A DNA stretch of 64,000 nt from Ascoidea asiatica JCM 7603 (taxonomy: Eukaryota; Fungi; Ascomycota): NCBI GenBank assembly GCA_001600695.1, contig BCKQ01000004.1, positions 947,513 through 1,011,512 on the forward strand, in the 5' to 3' direction. Below are positions 21,701 to 30,921 of this stretch, piece after piece. How positions within the stretch are numbered: position 1 is the first letter of the stretch; every line of letters begins with the position of its first letter. The notes under the pieces were generated by a model. The model saw nothing but the letters and a program-made list of their open reading frames with translations. It was not told the DNA's origin and ran no database searches. The translations under genes were made by a program, and so were the position numbers.

Positions 21701-22910
21701 CATTTGAGATTTTATTAATTAGAATGAAATTTAAATCATTTAAGTTTGAATTTGAACAAGATTCACATTTTATTAGTAATAAATTGATATTTGAATAATT
21801 TATCAAACTAAAAGAATTATGATTATTGAATTTCATATGAAGAAAAAAATGGGAAGAATTATTTAATGAATTACCTGAATTACAAAAGATTTTTTTACAA
21901 TCATTACAATGAATCAAATAGTTTGAATTAAAATCATTACAATAAGAGCAATGAGAATTTAATAATTTTGTATTTGAAATTGTATTATTCAATTTACTTG
22001 AATCTAATTTTGAATCTGAATTAGAGTTTAAATTATTTGAATTGATTGAGAATTTATTCAATTTTTCTAAAATTGAAGAATTTTTGTTTTTTTTGAAAAA
22101 ACTATTTCTTTTAGAAGAATTTGACCTTGATAATGAGTTTCTTTTCGCGTGATTTGAGTGATTTGAATTTGAGTTATTTGAATTATTTGTATTATTATTT
22201 GCAAAAGAAGAAGGATTATAATTATTGAAATTATTACTTATAATTGGAGAACTTATTGGTACATTATTATTGGTATTTTGAATGGCAGTATGGGTAATAT
22301 TGTTATTATTTTGGGTATTATTTGGAATATTGTTTTGATAAGAAGAATTTCTATTATTATTTATTGAATTTCTTTTATTGAAAGAAGCAGAAGTGTTTCT
22401 CTTATGGTATATACTACTTCTTCTACTTGAAGAGGAATCATTTGAATTATTATTATAAGAATTATTGTTATTATAACTGTTGTTAGAAATGTTGTTGTTG
22501 TAGTTGTTATAGTTATTGTTATTATTATAGTTGTTATTGTTGTTGTTATTGTTATAGTTGTTGTAGCTATTGTTATTGTTATTGTTATTGTTATTATAGT
22601 TATTATTGTTATTATTATAGTTATTGTTATTGTTATTGTTATTGTTATTGTTATTGTTATTGTTATTGTTATTGTTATTATTATTATAATTGTTGTTATT
22701 ATTGAAGGTATAATTAGACATTAATGGACTATTAACTCTTGAATTATTCATTAAATTGGTATTGATATTAGCATTGTTGTTTATATTATTATTTATATTA
22801 TTATTCAAATCTAATTGAAGATTCAAATTAGTATAATCCAATTTTGAAAAACGTTTTGAATGACGTTTTTGATGAGTTGGTTTATTTGAAACATTAACTT
22901 CAGTTACCAT
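18735..22910 (-). CDS. UPF1-like SF1 helicase paralogue (Upf1/Ecm32 family) with degenerate ATPase motifs and Asn-rich N-terminus
   Basis: CH zinc domain HCSYC..CNDCKKIFCN..SSH..H...H..CESC; GYTGTGKT, IIIDDANQ, LVGDIKQL, QYRM, GIITLYTGQ, ESFQDHYKE and NRFNSLITRG. Confidence 0.88.
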   Translation of the reverse strand: MVTEVNVSNKPTHQKRHSKRFSKLDYTNLNLQLDLNNNINNNINNNANINTNLMNNSRVNSPLMSNYTFNNNNNYNNNNNNNNNNNNNNNNNNNNNNYNNNNNNYNNNNNNNNNSYNNYNNNNNNNNYNNNNNYNNYNNNISNNSYNNNNSYNNNSNDSSSSRRSSIYHKRNTSASFNKRNSINNNRNSSYQNNIPNNTQNNNNITHTAIQNTNNNVPISSPIISNNFNNYNPSSFANNNTNNSNNSNSNHSNHAKRNSLSRSNSSKRNSFFKKNKNSSILEKLNKFSINSNNLNSNSDSKLDSSKLNNTISNTKLLNSHCSYCNDFNSNYLIHCNDCKKIFCNSGNSLNNSSHFFLHMKFNNHNSFSLINYSNINLLLIKCESCSNSNLNDLNFILINKISNELVDFTLTNDANLTNDNKKLIFFCNNEQNDSCLHNIKSKYFNNQEIESDQFISLVLNKNYINSFILKKNNFKILNKLNNINLADIFLYESNFKNNSSKSHNHHLINNSLNNESSDINNENLNDDYVFWHNDDDHFNQYLYSSESASSNAVSKNDNMDKIKSRNQKLLSPSAPNFDLDVNLVAPEIDSYYDTFNEFLFHNTNLIYNEQVYQLMMPSNNKNHKFSKNLAFIPYKSIKFNLNDLTAVVRLNTNYNLPYLSNDQIIALKYSYDNGKPDLYKLMFCFIEDLPNNDYNPELKLSILQYSYESSDGNIYNTFLIDPYGKDDDDYALVSEALKMLGKNEEDDDYYDDDDLHFLDKDNIRKNEEKKSSNDNKKKDFELPINVSNNKSFNILPFNLVFSRIIITLFRISTKEIELKEYLMNLILGKKFENFEFNPLTITPNDQTLNEILYPENCNFLQKKVIDFVYQNKFSIINGYTGTGKTITISSIISNLVKKNSKPILYCSGVSSSVDKACLDLNELNGDLKICRLVPILKEEEYNINRKIGEFSFHNLILNSNEKDLIEIYLNDKFEKDEVVKERNNKVLKKFIDEFFNSFDVIFTTCFSSLDSRLEDIKFDSIIIDDANQTSNGLSLLPISRNCNKLILVGDIKQLRPYVNNNNNVEDYVNLSDSLFNRVLINKNCTSMLLNEQYRMNSKLVKFPSNFFYKGNLIHGFVKEDNDIIIKKVNLNKRLIPKISIPVLFWDQINNKYYKEREFYYKKKFNNVDNFFINQITYENKEEVKKIAILIKFLNEVCNISNEKIGIITLYTGQRMQLAKQLYEEFYNRRYSIMENNKEDDTNKNEEDLTGTEFKQLSSKQRVVLFEDNNVNEFENSIINKVKGIEIGTLESFQDHYKEFIIISTVKSEILTKDNNLDQMKFINDENRFNSLITRGCNGILMVGNSKVLSESSKIWGNYLSYLYDLNSVVDGEGFNDWSNRNYKEHLTYLRG
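22445..22702 (-). repeat. AAT/AAC trinucleotide array encoding the poly-Asn/Tyr tract
   Basis: (TTATTG)n and (TTA)n runs on the plus strand, in frame with the NNNN(Y) tract. Confidence 0.9.
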
Positions 22911-23603
22911 TTTGAAGTGATATTGGAATACTATTATATTATCAATATATAAACATATGATTATATTATTATTATTAATATAATTGTAATTTTACTGGTA
23001 ATGATCTAGAAAGATAACGAAGTGATATTCTATGATATAATACAATATAATAGATAATGAAGAAAAAGAGCTAATGTTAAAGAGCTTTTGGCTTAAATAA
23101 TGAAGAACAATTAGGTCCATTAATTCGAGGTATGAATGAAGAAAAAAAATAAAAGAATGAATAGATGAAGTTAGTGGAAAAATAATTGGAAATAGAGAAA
23201 AAGAGCAAATAGAACAGCGCGACAGTTTATCAGCGGTCGAAGCAAAGTTAAGATTCAATTAACCGTAAACTTTACCAGTGAAAACGGCGAGTGGAAACGC
23301 GGCACCGTGCGTTACGCATCTCTGGTAAGTTTCAACCGCGCAACTTAATTTCAGGACACAATTACTGCAGGGGAAAAAGTGTTCTTGCATACTTTGGACA
23401 CGTACCTGAGGGGCTTTGTCCGGAACATTTGTCCTGAAAACGCGGTATAGTCACGGGAAATAATCCGTCTTTAAAACAGAATGCGTTGACGTGCTGTTCA
23501 AACGCGGAAAATTAATCCGGAAGGGGTGCCCTAATAAAAACCAGTGGTGTGGATGCTACTTTTACTTGGCTCGGCTGTCTCCTAGCAAAAGCAAGACCAA
23601 GAA

Positions 23604-23613
23604 ATCACGTGAT
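23604..23613. promoter_or_regulatory. Cbf1/Tye7-type E-box palindrome
   Basis: ATCACGTGAT in the GC-rich divergent promoter between the UPF1-like gene and ceramide synthase 1. Confidence 0.6.
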
Positions 23614-24243
23614 ATTTATACAGCATTTCGGAATTATCGGGCTGACTAAGCTGCTAGCTAAACTTTTTTAATATCCGCTATCATAATCCGGCTTTAGCGG
23701 CGGAAATAGCTGCTTGCGGCGCGTGTGTGCGGTGTGTGGCTGCAGCTTGGTTGGACCAGTGTCATGGGGCTTTGGAATTCTTTGTCACTTTTCACTTGGC
23801 TTTTCATGCTTTTGCTTTTTGCTTTTTCAGATTCTCGTCACTTTGATTGATTTCATATCATTCAATTTTATTTATTTTAATACAAGAATATATTTGAAAA
23901 TATAAGAATATATTTAAGCATACATATGAAAATATATAAAAATAAAGAGAAAATATATAAAAATAAAGAGAAAATATAAGTTTGGCTTGTATATTTCTTC
24001 CGTAATTTCCATTAGTCTTTATCATTTTCTACTAAGTTCCATCACTTCTCAGTCCTTTTCTTTAAGAAATATAAATATATCAAAGATACAATCAAGAAAA
24101 TCAAAAAAAAATAGGAAAAAAACATATTCACTCATTAGTAACATTAACATTAGCATCAGCATATCAACATTGACGCATTATTGAAATATTTATCTATTTA
24201 GATATTGAGTATCCGTTTTTATTAAATTTTCAATAAAAACAAA

Positions 24244-25566
24244 ATGACAACCTCAAATCAAGAATCTGATATAAATTCATTTGAAGAATCAAAAGAAGCT
24301 AAAGAAGTTAAAAAATTAAGTGATTTAAAAAATATTAAAAATTCAAATTTAAGTTCAAAATCTACATCAAATTTAATTCTTGAAATAATTACAAATTTTA
24401 TTGAATTAAATTATAGAAATACTTGGTTAACTCCAGGTTTATTATATTTTTCAACTTTATCAATATATTTATTAAGTAATAATTATAATGATTCAAATCC
24501 CTTACATAAATTCATTTGTTTATCATATAATACACATGTTTATGATTTAAAAACAAATGGTATATTATATGATAAAGGTTATAAAGATTTATGTTTTATA
24601 TTATTTTATATGATTTTTTTTACCTTTTTAAGACAATTTATTATGGAATTTGTTTTATATCCTTTAACTCTTTTAAATTATTTTAAAAAACATATTGATG
24701 GTAAAAATGATAAAAAAAGATTAAGATTTATTGAACAATCATATTCTGTTTTTTATTATGCAATATCTTCTCCATTTGGTTTATATACAATGTATAATAT
24801 GCCAATTTGGTATTTTAATACAACTGAATTTTATAAAACTTATCCACATTATACAAATCCATTTTATTTAAAATTATTTTACCTTTTACAAGCTTCATTT
24901 TGGTCTCAACAAGCAACAATGCTTTTATTACAAGTTGAAAAACCAAGAAAAGATTTTAAAGAATTAGTATTTCATCATATTGTAACAATGTTATTAATTT
25001 ATTGTTCTTATACTTTTCATTTTACTTGGATTGGTGTTGCAATATATATCACCATGGATGTTTCTGATTTATTCTTAGCAACATCAAAAATTTTAAGTTA
25101 TTTAGATTCAATTTTTGTTGGACCTTTTTTTGCAATATTTGCATCAGTTTGGATTTATACAAGACATTATTTAAATTTAAAAATTTTATATAGTGTATTA
25201 ACAGAATTTAGAACTGTTGGTCCATATGTTTTAAATTTTAAAACTGGTCAATATAAATGTATTATAAGTCAACCGATTGTATTTTTTTTATTATCTTGTT
25301 TACAATTAGTTAATCTTTATTGGTGTTTTTTAATTTTAAGAATTGCTGTAAGATTCGTTTATAATGGTGAAGCAAAAGATGATAGAAGTGATGATGAAAT
25401 AGAAAATGAAGAAATCAATAATAAAATTGAAGAAATTAATAATAAAAATGAAGATAATAATGATGATGGAAATTCAATTAAAAAACTAAAAAGTAAAATA
25501 AATATTATTGATGGTAATACTAATGGTAATATTGTCAACTCACATGAACCAAAAAAAAATAAATAA
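24244..25566 (+). CDS. LAG1: Ceramide synthase (Lag1/Lac1 family), copy 1
   Basis: RFIEQSY, Lag1p motif RKDFKELVFHHIVT...MDVSDLFLATSK, WIYTRHYLN and the acidic tail DDRSDDE. Confidence 0.92.
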   Translation: MTTSNQESDINSFEESKEAKEVKKLSDLKNIKNSNLSSKSTSNLILEIITNFIELNYRNTWLTPGLLYFSTLSIYLLSNNYNDSNPLHKFICLSYNTHVYDLKTNGILYDKGYKDLCFILFYMIFFTFLRQFIMEFVLYPLTLLNYFKKHIDGKNDKKRLRFIEQSYSVFYYAISSPFGLYTMYNMPIWYFNTTEFYKTYPHYTNPFYLKLFYLLQASFWSQQATMLLLQVEKPRKDFKELVFHHIVTMLLIYCSYTFHFTWIGVAIYITMDVSDLFLATSKILSYLDSIFVGPFFAIFASVWIYTRHYLNLKILYSVLTEFRTVGPYVLNFKTGQYKCIISQPIVFFLLSCLQLVNLYWCFLILRIAVRFVYNGEAKDDRSDDEIENEEINNKIEEINNKNEDNNDDGNSIKKLKSKINIIDGNTNGNIVNSHEPKKNK

Positions 25567-25872
25567 ATAATGAATGAGAAAATTAAATAAATAATTTATA
25601 AAAAAATTTACAAAATTTTCAAAAAGAGTTCACTAATCTTATTTAATTTATATAAACTATATTTTTGTTAAATCATTTAGCTCTTACTTTTTAATATATA
25701 ATAAACGAAATGAAGTATTTTGCTAATTATAATATCATTTATGTTTATTCCAGTAGTAATATTAGAATTTTCAATATAATTAGTGAAATCAATCAATCTC
25801 ATAATATTTTTTGAATAAGTTAATCTTTTTGATCAATTATTTGAAATTGATATTGTGACTTACTTTGAAATG

Positions 25873-26169
25873 TTACTGACTTTTTAAATTATCTTTATCA
25901 TTATCTATGGTTATTGATATTTGATCTACTGTAGTAGAAGATGAATTTGGAACTGCGATCGAGGAAGAGTCTAAATTGGAATTGAAGTTAGTATCATATT
26001 CATCATTCATTGCTTATTCTATTCTCTGATGCATTTCATCACAATTGTTCTTCATATTTCTCCTTTATGATTCATTCATTGCCTTTCAAACATCATCATC
26101 ATCTTCTTTTAAAGCTTCTTTTGATTCATTGTTGAATGTTTTATATTTGTCAGTCTCAAAAAGGTAATA
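25873..26169 (-). pseudogene. Possible decayed coding fragment with a UIM-like motif
   Basis: One frame reads YYLFETDKYKTFNNESKEALKEDDDDV*KAMNES*RRNMKNNCDEMHQRIE*AMNDEY...KSQ*, with three internal stops. Confidence 0.3.
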
Positions 26170-27279
26170 TTAAGGTCAAGTTACCCGTAACAGTTTAATT
26201 TCGACCACATACCTTTTAGGGTAGCTGTTGTTAAATGTGTTCATTGCATCTTAAGACATTGAGGTGCATATATTCTATGTCCTAAAATGTAAATATAGTG
26301 CATGTTCTTTGTACATCGTGGACAAAGTCACGGCATAGAAGAAACCGAATAGCCATGCGTCCGGCACCGGATGCACTGCCGTTTCCTGAGACACTGTCAC
26401 CCTTCGCGGTTGTACGGGTAGCCACTCCGTGTGGAGTGTGGCTCGGTGAGGCCCTGAAGTTTAGCCACACCTGCCTTTTTTCTAAATTTATGTTCAAGCT
26501 TTTTCCTCTTTTGCAACATTCAGCAGCTTTCCAAACTGCCTTCAGGTCAAAAAATGATTGTAATCAAATTTATTTTTGTTGCTTTTTATTATTTTTATCA
26601 ACTTATGGGCTTTTTTTTTGAACTAATAAGCTTAATTATTATTTTACAGTAGTTATTATTATTATTATTATTGTGACAAGCTCAAAAAGACTCTCTTTTA
26701 CCAAAAGACAGATAAAATGATAAGATGACCTTAAACCCAAAAAATGTACCTGGCTAATCCAACAATTTTATCACAGGTGTTCACACTTCTCAGGGTTTTT
26801 CAAATGTAGGCAAATTAATGATTAGTTTTTAAGTACTGGATGTAAAAATTATAGTCACTTTCACAAGCTTGACTTAATATTTAATATTACCACTAATATT
26901 TATAAATGAATATCCTATTCTGATTCCTTTACTGATTATTTTTTTACATTTCTATGTTTCGTTTGATATAAATAAAGAGAAACTATTCTCACTAATTACA
27001 TATTCTTTTTATATGTATAACTTATACTCCATTCTTTTATCAATTTTCTTTTTTCATTAATTATTAACTATTAATTATTTATTATTTATCACTTATCATT
27101 TAATCATCATTTTTATTTATTTATTTTCACTTTATTATTTTCTCACTCTGGACATCACAAATATAATCAAATCACAGCCAAATTAAATCAAATCAAATTA
27201 AATTAAATCAAATTAAATTTAATCAAATCAAATCAAACACTTTTCACTCAATAACCTCTAATACTAATTAGTTTTTAAA

Positions 27280-28566
27280 ATGACAACACTAATAACTTCA
27301 ATGACTTCAGTAATTTCAACAACTGCAACAACTTCATCAACACCGACGACTCCAAAGACTTCATCAACTTCATATTTAAAATTAAAAGAAATAAAAAAAC
27401 TGAAACAAAATGAATTAAGTTCTAAATCCACTTTTCAATTATCTCATCAAATTTTTTTAAATTTAATTGAATTAAATTATAGAAATACTTGGCTAGCACC
27501 AGGTATAATATATTTCTCAACTTTATTCACTTACATTTTAAGTAATAATTATAATGAATCAAATCCTTTACATAAATTCCTTTTTTTATCTTATAATACA
27601 AATATTTATGATTCAAAAACTAAAAGTATATTATATGCTAAAGGTTATAAAGATTTGATTTTTATTTTTTTTCAACTTATCCTTTTCACATTCTTAAGAC
27701 AATTTCTTATGGAATTGTTTTTTGATCCATTAACTAATTTAAAATATTTAAAAAATCATGTTGGTGGAAAAAATAATAAAAAAAAAATAAGATTTATCGA
27801 ACAATCATATTCAATTTTTTATTATGGTTTATCTTCAATGTTTGGTTTATATACAATGTATAATATGCCAACTTGGTATTTTAATACAATTGAATTTTAT
27901 AAAACTTATCCACATATTTTAAATCCATCTTATTTAAAATTATTTTACCTTTTACAAGCTTCATTTTGGTCTCATCAAGCACTTATATTAATCTTAGGTC
28001 TTGAAAAACCAAGAAAAGATTTTAATGAATTAGTTTTTCATCATATTGTTACTTTATCTTTAATTTATTTCTCATATACCTTTCATTTCACTTGGGTTGG
28101 TGTTGCCATATTTATAACTATGGATACTTCTGATTTTTGTTTTTCAATTTCAAAAGTTTTAAGTTATTTAGATTCAATTTTTGTTGGTCCATTTTTTGCA
28201 TTTTTTGCTTTTACTTGGATTTATACAAGACATTATTTAAATTTAAAAATTATATATGGTGTATTAACAACATTTAAAACTGTTGGTCCATATGTATTAA
28301 ATTTTAAAACTGGTCAATATAAATGTTTTATAAGTCAAGTTTTTTTCTTCTTCTTATTATCTTGTTTACAAGCAGTTAATCTTTATTGGTTATACTTAAT
28401 TTATGGTGTTGCTGTTAAATTTGTATATGTAGGCCATGCAAAAGATGTTAGAAGTGATGAAGAAGATGAAGATGAGAATATAAATGAAAATGAAATTCAA
28501 ATTAAACTTCAAGATAAACAAAAAAATGACCATAAAGAACAAATCATAAAGCCTAAAATGCAATAA
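27280..28566 (+). CDS. Ceramide synthase (Lag1/Lac1 family), copy 2 (tandem paralogue)
   Basis: RKDFNELVFHHIVT...MDTSDFCFSISK; long near-identical blocks shared with copy 1. Confidence 0.92.
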   Translation: MTTLITSMTSVISTTATTSSTPTTPKTSSTSYLKLKEIKKLKQNELSSKSTFQLSHQIFLNLIELNYRNTWLAPGIIYFSTLFTYILSNNYNESNPLHKFLFLSYNTNIYDSKTKSILYAKGYKDLIFIFFQLILFTFLRQFLMELFFDPLTNLKYLKNHVGGKNNKKKIRFIEQSYSIFYYGLSSMFGLYTMYNMPTWYFNTIEFYKTYPHILNPSYLKLFYLLQASFWSHQALILILGLEKPRKDFNELVFHHIVTLSLIYFSYTFHFTWVGVAIFITMDTSDFCFSISKVLSYLDSIFVGPFFAFFAFTWIYTRHYLNLKIIYGVLTTFKTVGPYVLNFKTGQYKCFISQVFFFFLLSCLQAVNLYWLYLIYGVAVKFVYVGHAKDVRSDEEDEDENINENEIQIKLQDKQKNDHKEQIIKPKMQ

Positions 28567-28846
28567 TAATGATAATAATAATAATTATAATTTATCTCAA
28601 CAACACCAATTTATGAACTTAAACTTAATCTAAATGATCCCTAACTAAAAATAATATCCACTTATCTGAACTTATCTTTGAATTTTATTTCTTCCCTTTT
28701 CTTTTTTCTTTGTTCTTCGAACAGCTTTAATAAGTTATTAGTCTTTACTTTTTAATAATTATAAACATAATGAAGTAAATTACTAGTCAATTTTATAATA
28801 TATAAGGTATATATGATATAATAAAACTTTGATAGAAAAATCGCGA

Positions 28847-30499
28847 TTATTTTAGTAAATTTTTGAATAAAGTATCATTATCTAAAATTTTTAATTGTTC
28901 TTTTGCATTTATAATCATTTCATCACTTATTTCAGGCAATGATTCAAATTGAGAATAAACTTGAATTAAAGGTAATTTGATAATTTCATCATTCTTTGGA
29001 ATATTTTCATTCGAATTTAAATAACTATAATAATATAAATTATTTGGTAAAAAATCGCCATTATCTCTTAAGAAATTATCTCTAATCAAATTATCATTCT
29101 TTTCAATTGAATTAATTTTATCTAAAAATTCATTTATAATTAAATTTAGATTTTTTTGATTTTCAATTCTTCTCTTGATTTCTAAAATTAATAAAAAATA
29201 AGATTTTTTAAAATTTCTAAAAAAATTTATAATTTGTAAATGTGATGTAATTAAAGAATTTGATTTACTTAAAATTAAATTTTTTTCAAAATTTTCAAAA
29301 CTTAGTTGAAACTTCTTTAAATTAAATTCAAGTTTATCCTTTAAAGTTATATTTATTAAGCTTTTTTTGATTTTTATTTCTAATAGTTCAATTAATGCTA
29401 GATTTTTTTCATTTATTTTTGAAAAATTTATAATATTCATAATTTTATTATTTATTTCATTTAATTCAATTAAAACATTAGGAACTTCAATTGAATCATT
29501 TTTGATAATAACATATAATTCCATTAATTCAAAATCACTTATAATTTCATCTTTTACACGAAGAGTTTGAGCATTATCATTTATTTCTTGAAATAAGTCA
29601 TTAAGGATTATTTTTGATTTTCTATTTGAATTTAAATTTAAATTTGAATTTTTAAATTTTAGTTGAATGAATTTGAAACATTCTTTGGATTTATCATAAT
29701 GATCTGTCAAAGATTCTAATAAATTTGCCATTTGATTTTCTAAATCAAAACAATCATTTAATAAATTATCTTCATTAATTTCTTGATGAATTTCTTGATT
29801 TATAATATTGAATTCATTTTCTAAAATTAATAAACTATTTGAAAATTCTTTAAAGTTTAAATTAATTTGATTGATTAGATAATATATATTGTCATCTTTG
29901 TTATCATTATTAAGATTTGTAAAATCATTAGAACTTATATCATTGAATAATTTTTCAAATTCTTTATAATTTGTTTCTAAATCGCTCAAGGCATTATCAA
30001 ATGATAGAAAATTGAACAATGTTTCATAATTTGTATCATTTGCTTTTTTTATTTGAGTTTCTTTCCGGTATTTATTTTCTTTATTTTGTGAATCATTACT
30101 ATTCATTAAGTGAACAGATTTAATTAAGTTCTTTGATACTTTTACTGATTTTAAATCAGTTATCAAATCTTCGAGAGAATTCTTTAAGAACTGAATAACT
30201 TTGAAATTTTCAGTCACTTTAAGTTTTACTTTTTTGTTGAATCTTAGATTAATTAGACTCATAATGATTCCTTCAAAGAATTCTTTCTGTTGTTTTAAGA
30301 AATTTATGAAAAAAACAATTTTCAGTATCTTTAGATTATTTGAATTAATCATATCTTTCAATGAATTTATTTGTTCATTTGAATTCGAACATATTATCTT
30401 CGCAGTTGATAAATCTCTTCTTGAATCGATCAAAATTTGTAGTATTTCATCTTTTATGGATTCATTGGATAGATTAATTGAGGTTGTATTCATGTCCAT
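28847..30499 (-). CDS. ATG17: Autophagy scaffold Atg17
   Basis: Coiled-coil protein with LSTAKIIC, TLFNFLS, LENQMANLLESLTDHYD, LILEIKRR and GDFLPNNL motifs. Confidence 0.88.
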   Translation of the reverse strand: MDMNTTSINLSNESIKDEILQILIDSRRDLSTAKIICSNSNEQINSLKDMINSNNLKILKIVFFINFLKQQKEFFEGIIMSLINLRFNKKVKLKVTENFKVIQFLKNSLEDLITDLKSVKVSKNLIKSVHLMNSNDSQNKENKYRKETQIKKANDTNYETLFNFLSFDNALSDLETNYKEFEKLFNDISSNDFTNLNNDNKDDNIYYLINQINLNFKEFSNSLLILENEFNIINQEIHQEINEDNLLNDCFDLENQMANLLESLTDHYDKSKECFKFIQLKFKNSNLNLNSNRKSKIILNDLFQEINDNAQTLRVKDEIISDFELMELYVIIKNDSIEVPNVLIELNEINNKIMNIINFSKINEKNLALIELLEIKIKKSLINITLKDKLEFNLKKFQLSFENFEKNLILSKSNSLITSHLQIINFFRNFKKSYFLLILEIKRRIENQKNLNLIINEFLDKINSIEKNDNLIRDNFLRDNGDFLPNNLYYYSYLNSNENIPKNDEIIKLPLIQVYSQFESLPEISDEMIINAKEQLKILDNDTLFKNLLK

Positions 30500-30624
30500 A
30501 TTCTTTATTCTTTTATCTAATATTATTATATTTCATTCTTTTGATGTTCTGATAGTCTCCTGGATATTGAATAGGATTAAATAAAACCAAATAATTTCAA
30601 TTTCAATTTAAAGTCCTTTGTTTC

Positions 30625-30740
30625 GATAAGCAAGCGATAAGAAATCGAAAACAAAGAAAGAAAAGAAGACCCATGAAAGTGGCGTCGTTATTGGATATTT
30701 AACACCACCCGCAGTTGTGGACTCGAAGTGGTTGGATAAG
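30625..30740. promoter_or_regulatory. GATAAG cluster (Gln3/Gat1-type) in the ATG17/TOP3 divergent promoter
   Basis: GATAAG at 30625, 30636 and 30735. Confidence 0.5.
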
Positions 30741-30921
30741 CGAAAAAAGTTCGAGCTCAAAAGAAAACAAATCAAATTTACAGAGTTTCAGGAAGTGATT
30801 AAAGAATTGAAATAGAACAATAAGTAAAATGAATCAAAAGAATTGAAGAAAACAGGAAAAAGAAATAGTTGATATTCTGTTGGTGAACTGTATCTTTGAA
30901 GTGTTGGAGGGTTTTTAAGAA

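Noticed and set aside
23928-23979. 21-bp tandem repeat (similar short repeats near 62335 and 63790)
   Set aside because: Low-complexity slippage repeats without spacers; not CRISPR or a mobile element.
26380-26470. Possible TPP riboswitch (CTGAGA present)
   Set aside because: The downstream conserved TGATC...AATxCxxGCG core is missing and no thiamine gene is adjacent.
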